64,000 nucleotides of DNA from Macrostomum lignano (Eukaryota), in the NCBI GenBank assembly GCA_002269645.1, contig NIVC01000665.1, forward strand, positions 186,001 through 250,000, written 5' to 3'. Position numbers and translations under genes: made by a program. How positions within the stretch are numbered: the first letter of the stretch is position 1; the number at the start of each line of letters is the position of its first letter. This document shows, one piece after another, positions 41,601-51,767 of the stretch. The notes under the pieces are model-generated. The model ran no database searches and was not told where the DNA came from. It saw nothing but the letters and a program-made list of their open reading frames with translations.

Positions 41601-42631
41601 GGAAACCGTCACCTCTGCCAACATCATCAAGACGCTTCGGAAGCTATTCGGCCGGTGGGGAGTCCCGAAGATGCTGATCAGCGACAACGGACCCCAGTTC
41701 GTCAGCGACGAGTTCGAAGAGTTCCTGCGAGCCGAGGGCACCAAGCACAGCCGAGTGAGCCGGTACTACCCGCAAGGCAACGGCGGAGTCGAGCGATTCA
41801 ACCGGAGTCTGAAGGAGGGCCTGGCAGCGAACCTGAGGGCGGGAGCGAAGTTCGAGGACGCTATCGACCTGGTGCTCAAGACCTACAGGACCAGCCAGCA
41901 CGCTCTCACCGGGCTGACTCCAGCCGAGCTGATGATCGGGCGCAAGCTGCGGTCCGGACTGCAGCTGCTCAGGCCAACTCCAGTGCAACAGCGGGACGAC
42001 AGCGACCTGCGAGACAGTATCGCACAGAGGCAAGCCAAGAATGCCGACTACACCAACAAGCGAAGGCGAGCTCGTGACTCTATGCTCCAGGCCGGAGACT
42101 GGGTCTGGCGACAGACGCCGCACCGAGCGCACAAGCTGGCGACCCGACTGAAGGAACCGCTAAAGATCGCCTCCAAAGCAGGGCGCAACACCTTCGTGCT
42201 GTCCGACGGTACAAAGTGGCAAGCGAGTCGGCTGGTTAAGTGCAACAGCCCACCGGCTGACAACGGCGCGGCCGACCAAGAGGACGACTGGTTCGATTTG
42301 CCGCTGCCGCCGGCTCCGCCCCCACGGACGGGCGAGCCGCCACCTCCACCTGAACTTCGAAGGTCAACTCGAGCTCGACGGCAACCGGCGCGTTATCCTC
42401 TTCCGGAAGGGGGGAGAATGTAGTGACTGTGCATCAGGCCTAGGTGTTGTAACTAACTAACTTTGAGGCTAGAATTGTTCAATTACCTTATATGCATCGT
42501 GCGTTCAATCATGGTATCGTTGTTTCGATTGCGTAACACTGTTTTCAACGTGCACATGAGTATAAATATATTGAGCGAGACTCAAGTGTCTCCAACTGAA
42601 TTGAATTTAATCAATCAACTAGAACACAACA
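38649..42631 (+). mobile_element. Ty3/Gypsy LTR retrotransposon (Mag-like), 3983 bp
   Basis: LTRs 38649-38861 and 42419-42631 (213 bp, TG...CA, identical by eye). 5 bp TSD TTCCG. PBS TGGCGACGAG at 38864-38873. PPT GGAAGGGGGGAGAA at 42405-42418. Confidence 0.97.
38863..42423 (+). CDS. Single-ORF Gag-Pol polyprotein (1186 aa): Gag, CCHC knuckle, aspartic protease, RT, RNase H, integrase
   Basis: CRRCGKTNHFAKMC knuckle; QIDCGAAVS protease; KLDLRQGYQQ...VPFGL...NIVDDIL RT; CDAS...TDHKAL...ADMLSR RNase H; IDIFG...SDNGPQF...NGGVERFNR integrase core. PR-RT-RH-IN order is the Ty3/Gypsy order. Confidence 0.96.
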   Translation: MATSGLPYPAEFQPVPGEPPVPWARWIKSFENFLVAGALEEASESRKKAILLHLLGEEGRRRAANVDASKSLQETKKALKAIFSSSRSVIAERFAFRQRAQHDGESIGDYVMALRELATNCKFDTFHDEMIRDQLVEKTCVPRIRERLLMEEDDLTLDDAIKKAERIEAAIKDAKQVSGPELHVKALSKKPKPAARHEKTAAAGPKCTRCGGNHGHKGECKAMGQKCRRCGKTNHFAKMCRMKAVSAIDTKEPAESSLTVLAVNNKSTDSLFCECRLGGQLIRLQIDCGAAVSLLNMETFKKSFARHPLLPTSTKLEAYGGSAIKTIGKVELPVTFNGIRTEATFYVADKGANILGRDLFQALGFKIFQGDNRVMSISETTIERDFPGIFDGLGRSKSFIHRTKIDASVKPVSQPMRKLPIGLKDEVTSEISRMEQQGIIEKVDASEWVSNVVVTRKKESNKVRLCVDLRQVNKAVIADRYPVPSIEDLSASINGSKCFSKLDLRQGYQQIPLHPDSRGLTCFITDAGLYQFTVVPFGLSSSGAAFQRALQTVLRGAPGAINIVDDILVHGKDETEHDKNLREVLGRIHREGFTLNREKCKFRQASVDFFGLVISADGIKPTKCNVDAILRIPEPSTVAQIQSFLGAVNFLHKFIPHYSAIAEPLRQLLKKDADWHWGERERTAFRTLKSAVTSSPVLAHFDCQAETYVTCDASLDGLGAVLSQVQNEKEVPIAFASRALSPAEKRYSAGEREALACVWSIERWHYYLYGRRVTLRTDHKALTTLLDSKGMGHRPLRIHRWVERLRGYDVRFEHIPGADNKCADMLSRWATTERVPAEETDVEDYVKNCTACTLAEKSGKPQQTIVTPIEWPDGPWDKVEIDIFGEVAAAPRHQRFLLVIHDLYSKWPEIAAMETVTSANIIKTLRKLFGRWGVPKMLISDNGPQFVSDEFEEFLRAEGTKHSRVSRYYPQGNGGVERFNRSLKEGLAANLRAGAKFEDAIDLVLKTYRTSQHALTGLTPAELMIGRKLRSGLQLLRPTPVQQRDDSDLRDSIAQRQAKNADYTNKRRRARDSMLQAGDWVWRQTPHRAHKLATRLKEPLKIASKAGRNTFVLSDGTKWQASRLVKCNSPPADNGAADQEDDWFDLPLPPAPPPRTGEPPPPPELRRSTRARRQPARYPLPEGGRM

Positions 42632-42714
42632 TTCCGGATTTCGCAATAATCAGCTGTTTTGCATAGAGCTAAATTGGATTTTTTATTAGAGGCAGGGCCG
42701 GGGCTGTGTACATC

Positions 42715-42997
42715 CTGGCGCACTTTAAGCGACATTGCCACACAACCACAACCACGTACGCAGTCATACGCACAGGCACACACTCACACAGGAGTGTACA
42801 GCGGCCCTAACTTTATTTATCGTTAGGCATGTACACTTCACTGCGCCTTGGGGGGTTGGCTCTCAAGGGCATTAATTGCACGAGCAGAGCCAAGCCGAGA
42901 TTCCAATTTAGTCACAAATTAATGTGACTGCACTTGGAATCGAGCCTGGACCGCTGGCACATCAGAGCGCCGCGCTGGACCACTAAGGTTACGGCCC
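42715..42997 (-). mobile_element. tRNA-derived SINE, copy A
   Basis: Minus-strand head GGGCCGTAACCTTAGTGGTCCAGCGCGG...GGCTCGATTCC (A- and B-box-like); homologous over its length to 44107-44416. Confidence 0.72.
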
Positions 42998-44106
42998 TTG
43001 TTAAACGGAGTTTTGCCATGGACAAATAGAAAAGTTTGTAAAGAAAAAGTACACTAAAGTCGCGGATAGAGGATAGAAAAAACTGAAATTTTACCGGTAG
43101 TATTTCATGAAAAATAGCTTGTAAAAATAAAAATAAAAATAGTTGGTAAAAATTAAACAGAAAGCATCAATGTTGATGATGAATGGAAGCTGAAACAAAA
43201 TTTCCGAAATGAGCACAAATTGGAGTTCTCAGCCAATAATGACCCGATCGACTAAAACAAATAATTACACAGCTGCAGTTTGAACCGACTCGGTGTTGCC
43301 TTCCTCCTATAAATGAATTACTTTTTAGTTCGCGAAAAATTATCCTCTTTTAAATCAGACAGAGCCGAACGGTTCCGCCAATCGGAAGCGGGGAAATCGC
43401 ATGCCGGCTTCCCCATGCGTGAGCCGTTCGACTGTGGAAATTGCGGGACCCAGGCAAGATGGGCTTGAAAACAGCGCACTAAAGCAGCGGCTTAGTTTAG
43501 CTTTCTTTGGTTAAAATTTTTCAGCAATATTCAATACTAGTTTACGTCAGATAATATAATGCGAGTTCTGGAGTTTGAGCTAGAAACTGAGTGAGAATCG
43601 GATGAAAAAATTAAAATTAACTAGCATATTGTTGTCGAATTTAGTATCACACACTGCTTAAAAAACGGTAAACTTATTGTTTAATCATTCATCAACAGTA
43701 TTGTAAAATAAAATTTGTTGACCAGTTTTATATAAGCCGTTATTGTAAGTAACAGTTACTTTCATTAACTACTACTTACCACCGCGATTGCTGGCTGACA
43801 GTAGTATGAAGGGCGCGGCGGACAGTTAAACAAAAACTTATTGAAAGAAAAAAATATTTTTCTAAGCAATTGTAGCTTCAAATTTACGTCATTTCTAAAA
43901 ACAACAAAATGAATTAGAAATTGGTCAGAAAACTCCATATGCACTAGCCATCATATGCCACTGATCTTCACAAAACAGCACGATTCGATGCTCACCAATT
44001 ACGAGTAAACAGAAAGAGACAGATGGGGAACCAGGAGCATCACAGACAGGAGAAAGGGGCTCCTGGATTTGTTTTACTTTTATCAGAGGTAAGAGGCTGT
44101 GAGCAC

Positions 44107-44416
44107 CCTGGCGCACTCTAAGCGACATTGTCACACAACCGGCGAGAGGCATTGCTGCCCATTCCGCCGACTCCCCTGAGCAGGCATACAAGCGCGCGGA
44201 TACGTACGCAGTCATACGCACAGGCACACACTTTATTGAACGATAGGCATGTACACTTCACTGTGCCTTGGGGTTTGGCTTTCAAGGGCGTTAACTGCAC
44301 GAGCAGAGCCAAGCCGAGATTCCAATTTAGTCCCAAATTAATGACTGCACTTGGAATCGAGCCTGGGCCGCTGGAATATCAGAGCACTGCGCAGGACCAC
44401 TGGGATACGCGCCCCC
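44107..44416 (-). mobile_element. tRNA-derived SINE, copy B (lacks the core block, has a ~45 bp extra segment)
   Basis: Head GGGGGCGCGTATCCCAGTGGTCC...GGCTCGATTCC; body homologous to copy A. Confidence 0.72.
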
Positions 44417-45102
44417 AGGCTACTGCATAATCAGTTCAGGAATTTCGTGTTAGTAAATAACCCCAAATTAATGAGCTCCCTGCTCACTAATGTTTTTCCA
44501 AGACGCAATCTCTTTTCTGAGCTCAAGTTCCAGCATCCACTCGCTAGCATAAACAGATACTGGTATTTTTTAGGGAAAAGTCGGGAAGGACTCCCACTGG
44601 AATCGCACCAGAGTCGGCTTTTGTCCAGCTTCTGGAAGGGTGCAGAGATATGCCATTGATCAAGCAGTCACCAACAGCCGGACTGGACACCCCCAAACCG
44701 CCGGTGCTTTGGCTGCAAGGCGCATTTTATCCAAACAGTTTTTCAAACGAGCTCAACTTTCGCCGGAAATGCCGGATTAGCAGAGTGCAGCAGGAAACAT
44801 TTTCTAGCAACAACTTTTCAACCCAGCGTCCGATTAAAACCCAGCCCTGCATCATCGCTTCAGCTAGAATTGATGAGGTCCCGGCAATTTTCGCTGTTCC
44901 GAAACCGGTCCGCCCCGGCAACCAGACTTTTTAATTGCCGCTGCAGGCAGCGGAGCGGATGAAGCGAATTTCGCTATAAATTCGAGACGGACTGCTCGCG
45001 AAGCCGGGATCGAACTCGAATTGTCTCAGCGACTCCTCCAGGTTCCGCAGCTGTCCCTCCACCCGGTTCTGCTTGCCAAACAAATCGAGACAGACAAAAA
45101 GC

Positions 45103-46757
45103 ATGCGTCTTCTGTTGGTTGCCATGGGCATCGCGCTCTGCATCTCGCAGATGCACCGTGAGGTGAGACAAATTTATCAAAATGCCTCAAATTCGATTTT
45201 TTGAGTTAAAGTGGACTTCCGTAGCCTTAAAATCGCACCCCCCCCCTACAGTCTGATGCGCGAGCTCTCAAGCGTCAAGCCTACGACGTAGGCTACTCCG
45301 ATAGCGTCATGTCGTCGAGCTTCGACGATATGAAGAGGGAAGACTCAATTTTCGATGAGTACGATGATCAGGACGACGAAGGGGGCCTGTTTGGCAGACG
45401 GAAGAAGGAGGACGATGAGGAAGATGAAGAGAGCGAGGATAGGAGGAAGCGACAGGACGATGAGGAAGATGAAGAAGAGGAGTATGAGGAGGAGGAGGAA
45501 GAGGAAGAGGAGACCGAGGACAGGAGGAAGCGACAGGATAATCGAGTAGAACAGGAGGAGGTCGAAGAGATTATAGAGGAGATTGAAGAAGAGGTGGAGG
45601 AGATCCGAGAAGAGGAGTATGAGGAGGAAGAGGAGGAGGAGGAGAACTACGACAAGAGGAAGAAGCGACAGGACGATGAGGAAGATGAGGAAGAGGAGTA
45701 TGAGGAGGAAGAGGAGGAGGAGGAGAGCTACGACAGGAGGAAGAAGCGACAGGACGATGAGGAAGATGAGGAAGAGGAGTATGAGGAGGAAGAGGAGGAG
45801 GAGGAGAACTACGACAAGAGGAAGAAGCGACAGGACGATGAGGAAGATGAGGAAGAGGAGTATGAGGAGGAAGAGGAGGAGGAGGAGAGCTACGACAGGA
45901 GGAAGAAGCGACAGGACGACGAGGAAGATGAGGAAGAGGAGTATGAGGAGGAAGAGGAGGAGGAGGAGAACTACGACAAGAGGAAGAAGCGACAGGACGA
46001 TGAGGAAGATGAGGAAGAGGAGTATGAGGAGGAAGAGGAGGAGGAGGAGAGCTACGACAGGAGGAAGAAGCGACAGGACGATGAGGAAGATGAGGAAGAG
46101 GAGTATGAGGAGGAAGAGGAGGAGGAGGAGAACTACGACAAGAGGAAGAAGCGACAGGACGATGAGGAAGATGAGGAAGAGGAGTATGAGGAGGAAGAGG
46201 AGGAGGAGGAGAGCTACGACAGGAGGAAGAAGCGACAGGACGACGAGGAAGATGAGGAAGAGGAGTATGAGGAGGAAGAGGAGGAGGAGGAGAACTACGA
46301 CAAGAGGAAGAAGCGACAGGACGATGAGGAAGATGAGGAAGAGGAGTATGAGGAGGAAGAGGAGGAGGAGGAGAGCTACGACAGGAGGAAGAAGCGACAG
46401 GACGACGAGGAAGATCAGGAAGAGGAGTATGAGGAGGAAGAGGAGGAGGAGGAGAACTACGACAGGAGGAAGAAGCGACAGGACAACGAGGAAGATGAGG
46501 AAGAGGAGTATGAGGAGGATGAGGAGGAGGAGGAGGAGGAGAGCGAGGACAGGAGGAAGAAGCGACAGGAGGACGAGGAAGATGAAGAATACGAGGAGGA
46601 CTACGACAGGAAGAAGAAGTATAGTGACATGGACTTCTATGACGAGGACATCGAGTCCAACCTGGACCAAGAATTTTTCGGCCGGAGGAAGAAGGAGGAT
46701 GACCAGGACGAGGATGAGGACTATAAGAGGAGGAAGCGGGCCAGGCGTTCGGTCTAG
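45103..46757 (+). CDS. Secreted polyacidic tandem-peptide precursor (prohormone-like, 521 aa)
   Basis: Exon 1 45103-45162 (MRLLLVAMGIALCISQMHRE, GTGAG donor). Exon 2 45252-46757 (CCCCTACAG acceptor, phase 0, in frame with the 482 aa ORF). Ten 81 bp/27 aa units plus variants, each ending in (K/R)RKKR. Two G-RRKK amidation-type sites. Confidence 0.85.
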
Positions 46758-47459
46758 GGGAATCAGCGGAGATCCGCGCGAGTCAGTACGTTAAAGGAAC
46801 TGACCGACAAGAGCTGCAGGCTTCACACTGGACTGAAACCGTCTTGCCCCGATCTTATTAACTTAAAGCATGCACCAATGCTTCAAGACTATGTTTGGCG
46901 CCTAGAGCCTATTAAAAACATTTTTGACAGTAAAACTAAAATATATAATTGTAACATCCCGAAAAATGCGACAAAACGAACGATTTTAGTGATAAACTAG
47001 CTAAAGTTTTGCCCCCCTTCGGGGAGCAGAAATAATTAATATTCGTCTAATATAATATACCTTTTAGCAGGAGTACTTTAAGTGTTTTTCTTAAGCTTAA
47101 GCTTAAAATAGGAATTTTTGGAGATCGTTAATAACGCATTTTAGGTAAAACAAAACTATCAACTTTTTACAGTTTTTAGTTTAGAGCCCTGTATATGTCA
47201 ACGTGTTTGATAAAAATTATTTTTATCATTTTTGATAAAAAATGGCCTTCGGGGTGGCCAATAAGCAAGGGACGAATCCTTTTAAATGAAAAAAAATTCT
47301 TAGGGAGGGGGGCTAGGAATCGAATTCTCATTTTAATTCCAGGCTTATGTACCAATAAAACATGTTTGTGCAGAATTTTATAACAGACATTGAAATTCAA
47401 CCATACTTGCCTTCTTTCAGAGCTACTTCTACCAGTATGCTTCAGTACGCTACCAGTAC

Positions 47460-48400
47460 CCTTGTAAGCCTTGACATGTCAGCAATCCCCCCCACAAGCC
47501 TTAACATATCAACTCCCCCCTTGACATCTCAGCAATGCTCCCACAAGCCTTGAAATCTTAAAAAATCTGTCTATTTTCTAACCCTAACCCTAACCCTAAC
47601 CCTAACCCTAAAGCATTGAAATTTCAGTAATTCTCTCTAAGAGTCTATAGCACTACTACAGCATTATAGCGATTCCCTGCAAGCCTCGACATCGTAGGGA
47701 TTCCCAAATGAATCTCTTAACTTTGACATGAAGCTTCTTTTTTTTTTACATTACGCTTTTTCTATCAGCGATCCCTCCCGTGAGGAGCCAACAAATAATG
47801 TAATAACTTTTTTCCAATAAACTACATGTAGCTTCTGACATTAGCCTTGACATCTCATTTATTCCCCCGTGAGCCTTGACATCTCAGCTATAGATAGATA
47901 GATAGATTCCCCTCGTAAGCCTTGACATGTCAGCGATGCCCCCCATAAACCTTGAAATCTAAAAAATCCCCTGTTAACCTTGAAACGCGCTAAAATCTAA
48001 CCCTCAACCCAAACCTGACGTAAACCTAACTTTCACCCAACCTAAAGCCTTGAAATCACAGCAATTCTTCTTCCCTAAGCCTTGGCATTTAAGTGATTCC
48101 TTCTTTAAGAATCACAGCACTATAACGATTCCCTCCAAGCTTTGACATCGTAGCAATTCCCAAATGAATCTTTTAACTTTGACATGACTTTTATTTTATG
48201 TATACATAGTGCTCCTTTTATTTTTACATGACTCTTCTTCTATCAGCGCCCCCCCCACCGTGGCAAGCCAACAAAGAATGCAATAAAAAACTTAAGTAAA
48301 GTACATGTACTTTGAAGTAGCTTCTGACTTTTGCTTTAACATCTCAGAAACCCCCTGTAATCTCAGTTATTCTCTGTGAGCCTTGACGTCTCAGTAATTC
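47460..48400. repeat. Degenerate ~450 bp tandem duplication built on AAGCCTTGACATCTCAGCAATTCCCC-type units, including a (TAACCC)5 tract at 47579-47608
   Basis: Shared landmarks such as TTCCCAAATGAATCT..TAACTTTGACATGA at about 47700 and 48158; the same unit family occurs at 1283-1330. Confidence 0.65.
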
Positions 48401-48559
48401 TCCCCAGCACAGCACTGTACTATAGCTTCATTTAATTTTTATATGACATTTCTTTCATGTCTGACATGACGCTTCTTTTGATTTTTACGTTACGCTTCTT
48501 TTATTCTTCCATGATGCTTCTTAATTTTTTAAATGACACACTTTCATTAGTTTTTATAT

Positions 48560-49450
48560 GAGGCTTCTATAATTTTTTCATGACGCTTCTATGCTTGTTT
48601 ACATGACGCTTGTATGATTTTTACATGACGCTTCTATGATTGTTTACATGACGCTTGTATGATTGTTTACATGACGCTTCTATGATTTTTTACATGACGC
48701 TTTTATGATTTTTACATGACGCTTCTATGATTTTTTACATGACGCTTCTATGATTTTTACATGACGCTTCTATGATTTTTACATGACGCTTCTATGATTT
48801 TTACATGACGCTTCTATGATTTTTACATGACGCTTCTATGATTGTTTACATGACGCTTCTATGATTTTAACATGACGCTTCTATGATTGTATACATGACG
48901 CTTCTATGATTGTTTACATGACGCTTTTATGATTGTTTACATGACGCTTCTATGATTTTTACATGACGCTTCTATGATTTTTACATGACGCTTCTATGAT
49001 TGTTTACATGACGCTTCTATGATTGTTTACATGACGCTTCTATGATTTTAACATGACGCTTCTATGATTTTTTTACATGACGCTTCTATGATTGTTTACA
49101 TGACGCTTGTATGATTGTTTACATGACGCTTGTATGATTTTAACATGACGCTTCTATGATTGTTTACATTACGCTTCTATGATTGCTTGCATGACGCTTC
49201 TATGATTTTTTATGACGCTTTTATGATTTTAACATGACGCTTCTATGATTTTTTTACATGACGCTTCTATGATTGTTTACATGACGCTTGTATGATTGTT
49301 TACATGACGCTTTTATGATTTTAACATGACGCTTCTATGATTGTTTACATTACGCTTCTATGATTTTTACATGACGCTTCTATGATTTTTACATGACGCT
49401 TCTATGATTTTTACATGACGCTTGTATGATTGTTTACATGACGCTTCCAT
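48560..49450. repeat. ~21-22 bp minisatellite (CATGACGCTTCTATGATTTTTA)
   Basis: Direct reading. Confidence 0.94.
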
Positions 49451-49506
49451 AATTTTTTTTGTCTTGGCGTTAAAAGGCTTTAATTAAAAAAACTCTACTC
49501 TCTAAA

Positions 49507-49567
49507 AATTCGAACCATCGTCCCTGCATTTAGCAGTTTAGTCTGTTTACCTCTAGGCTAGCTCTCA
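49507..49567 (-). mobile_element. tRNA-like SINE head, copy 1
   Basis: Minus strand GAGAGCTAGCCTAGAGGTAAACAGACTAAACTGCTAAATGCAGGGACGATGGTTCGAATT; homologous to 51708-51767. Confidence 0.55.
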
Positions 49568-49604
49568 TGAATTTTAGTCATTACCCCTAAATAGAAAATA
49601 TTCC

Positions 49605-49815
49605 CAAGACAGCAAGCATCCCCCCAGTAGCAAGCATCCCCTAATACTCCTAGCAAGCATCCACCCAGATAGCAAGCATCTGCAGATAGCAAGCATCTTG
49701 CAGATAGCAAGCATCTTGCAGATAGCAAGCATACCCCAAATAATGTAGAAGCATCCTTCCAGATAGCAAGCATCCTGCACATAGCAAGAATCCCTAAATA
49801 GCAAGCATCCCTGGA
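49605..49815. repeat. Degenerate ~19 bp TAGCAAGCATC-containing minisatellite
   Basis: Direct reading. Confidence 0.8.
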
Positions 49816-49856
49816 TAGAAATAATCCTATACATGTAGCCAAGCTTATCAAGCGCA

Positions 49857-51635
49857 GTAATCCTTGGCTATCGAGTGCAGTAATCCTTGGTTTATTAATA
49901 GCAATAATCCATGGCTTATCGAGTGCAGTAATCCTTGGTTTATTAATAGCAATAATCCTTGGCTTATCGAGTGCAGTAATTCATGGTTTATTTATAGCAA
50001 TAATCCTTGGCTTATCGAGTGCAGTAATCCTTGGTTTATTAATAGCAATAATCCATGCCTTATCGAGTGCAGTAATCCTTGGTTTATTAATAGCAATAAT
50101 CCTTGGCTTATCGAGTGCAGTAATCCTTGGTTTATTAATAGCAATAATCCTTGGCTTATCGAGTGCAGTAATCCTTGGTTTATTAATAGCAATAATCCAT
50201 GGCTTATCGAGTGCAGTAATCCTTGGTTTGCCAAGAGCAATAGTCCATGGCTTATCGAGTGCAGTAATCCTTGGTTTGCCAAGAGCAATAGTCCTTGGTT
50301 TATTGAGTGCAGTAATCCTTGGTTTATTAATAGCAATAGTCCTTGGTTTATTGAGTGCAGTAATCCTTGGTTTATTAATAGCAATAATCCTTGGCTTATC
50401 GAGTGCAGTAATCCTTGGTTTGCCAAGTGCATAATCCTTGGTTTATCGAGTGCAGTAATCCTTGGTTTATTAATAGCAATAATCCTTGGCTTATCGAGTG
50501 CAGTAATCCTTGGTTTATTAATAGCAATAATCCATGGCTTATCGAGTGCAGTAATCCTTGGTTTGCCAAGAGCAATAGTCCTTGGCTTATCGAGTGCAGT
50601 AATCCTTGGTTTGCCAAGAGCAATAGTCCTTGGTTTATTGAGTGCAGTAATCCTTGGTTTATTAATAGCAATAGTCCTTGGTTTATTGAGTGCAGTAATC
50701 CTTGGTTTATTAATAGCAATAATCCTTGGCTTATCGAGTGCAGTAATCCTTGGTTTATTAATAGCAATAATCCTTGGCTTATCGAGTGCAGTAATCCTTG
50801 GTTTGCCAAGAGCAATAGTCCTTGGTTTTTTGAGTGCAGTAATCCTTGGTTTATTAATAGCAATAGTCCTTGGTTTATTGAGTGCAGTAATGCTTGGTTT
50901 ATTAATAGCAATAATCCTTGGCTTATCGATTGCAGTAATCCTTGGTTTGCCAAGTGCATAATCCTTGGTTTATTAATAGCAATAATCCTTGGTTTATCGA
51001 GTGCAGTAATCCTTAGTTTATTAATAGCAATAATCCTTGGCTTATCGAGTGCAGTAATCCTTGGTTTATTAATAGCAATAATCCATGGCTTATCGAGTGC
51101 AGTAATCCTTGGTTTGCCAAGAGCAATAGTCCTTGGCTTATCGAGTGCAGTAATCCTTGGTTTGCCAAGAGCAATAGTCCTTGGTTTATTGAGTGCAGTA
51201 ATCCTTGGTTTATTAATAGCAATAGTCCTTGGCTTATCGAGTGCAGTAATCCTTGGTTTATTAATAGCAATAATCCTTGGTTTATCGAGTGCAGTAATCC
51301 TTGGTTTATTAATAGCAATAATCCTTGGCTTATCGAGTGCAGTAATCCTTGGTTTATTAATAGCAATAATCCATGGCTTATGAGTGCAGTAATCCTTGGT
51401 TTATTAATAGCAATAATCCTTGGCTTATCGAGTGCAGTAATTCATGGTTTATTAATAGCAATAATCCTTGGCTTATCGAGTGCAGTAATCCTTGGTTTAT
51501 TAATAGCAATAATCCATGGCTTATCGAGTGCAGTAATCCTTGGTTTGCCAAGAGCAATAATCCTTGGCTTATCGAGTGCAGTATTCCTTGGTTTGCCAAG
51601 AGCAATAATCCTTAGCTTATCGAGTGCAGTAATCT
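49857..51635. repeat. 48 bp satellite made of two diverged 24 bp monomers (GAGTGCAGTAATCCTTGGTTTATT / AATAGCAATAATCCTTGGCTTATC)
   Basis: Direct reading; landmark CCAAGTGCATAATCC recurs 528 bp apart (50422 and 50950). Confidence 0.95.
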
Positions 51636-51707
51636 AAGTGTTTTTATTTAGTCCTTTAATAAAAGCTTTTAATAAAAAATTTTACACTACTACTTTTAAA
51701 CTACTTA

Positions 51708-51767
51708 GATTCGAACCCAGGTCGCTGCATTAGCAGTCTGGTCTGCTCAGCTCTAGGCTAGCTCTCA
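51708..51767 (-). mobile_element. tRNA-like SINE head, copy 2
   Basis: Minus strand GAGAGCTAGCCTAGAGCTGAGCAGACCAGACTGCTAATGCAGCGACCTGGGTTCGAATC. Confidence 0.55.

Noticed and set aside
45345-46794. Overlapping Arg-rich ORF (45583-46794, +) and Leu-rich antisense ORF (45345-46670, -)
   Set aside because: Expected by-products of a purine-rich GAG/GAA repeat with few possible stops. Only the acidic frame connects to a signal-peptide exon.
47579-47608. (TAACCC)5 as a telomere or fusion scar
   Set aside because: Only five units, embedded in a duplicated repeat whose second copy has a degenerate version; such tracts are common in invertebrate repeats.
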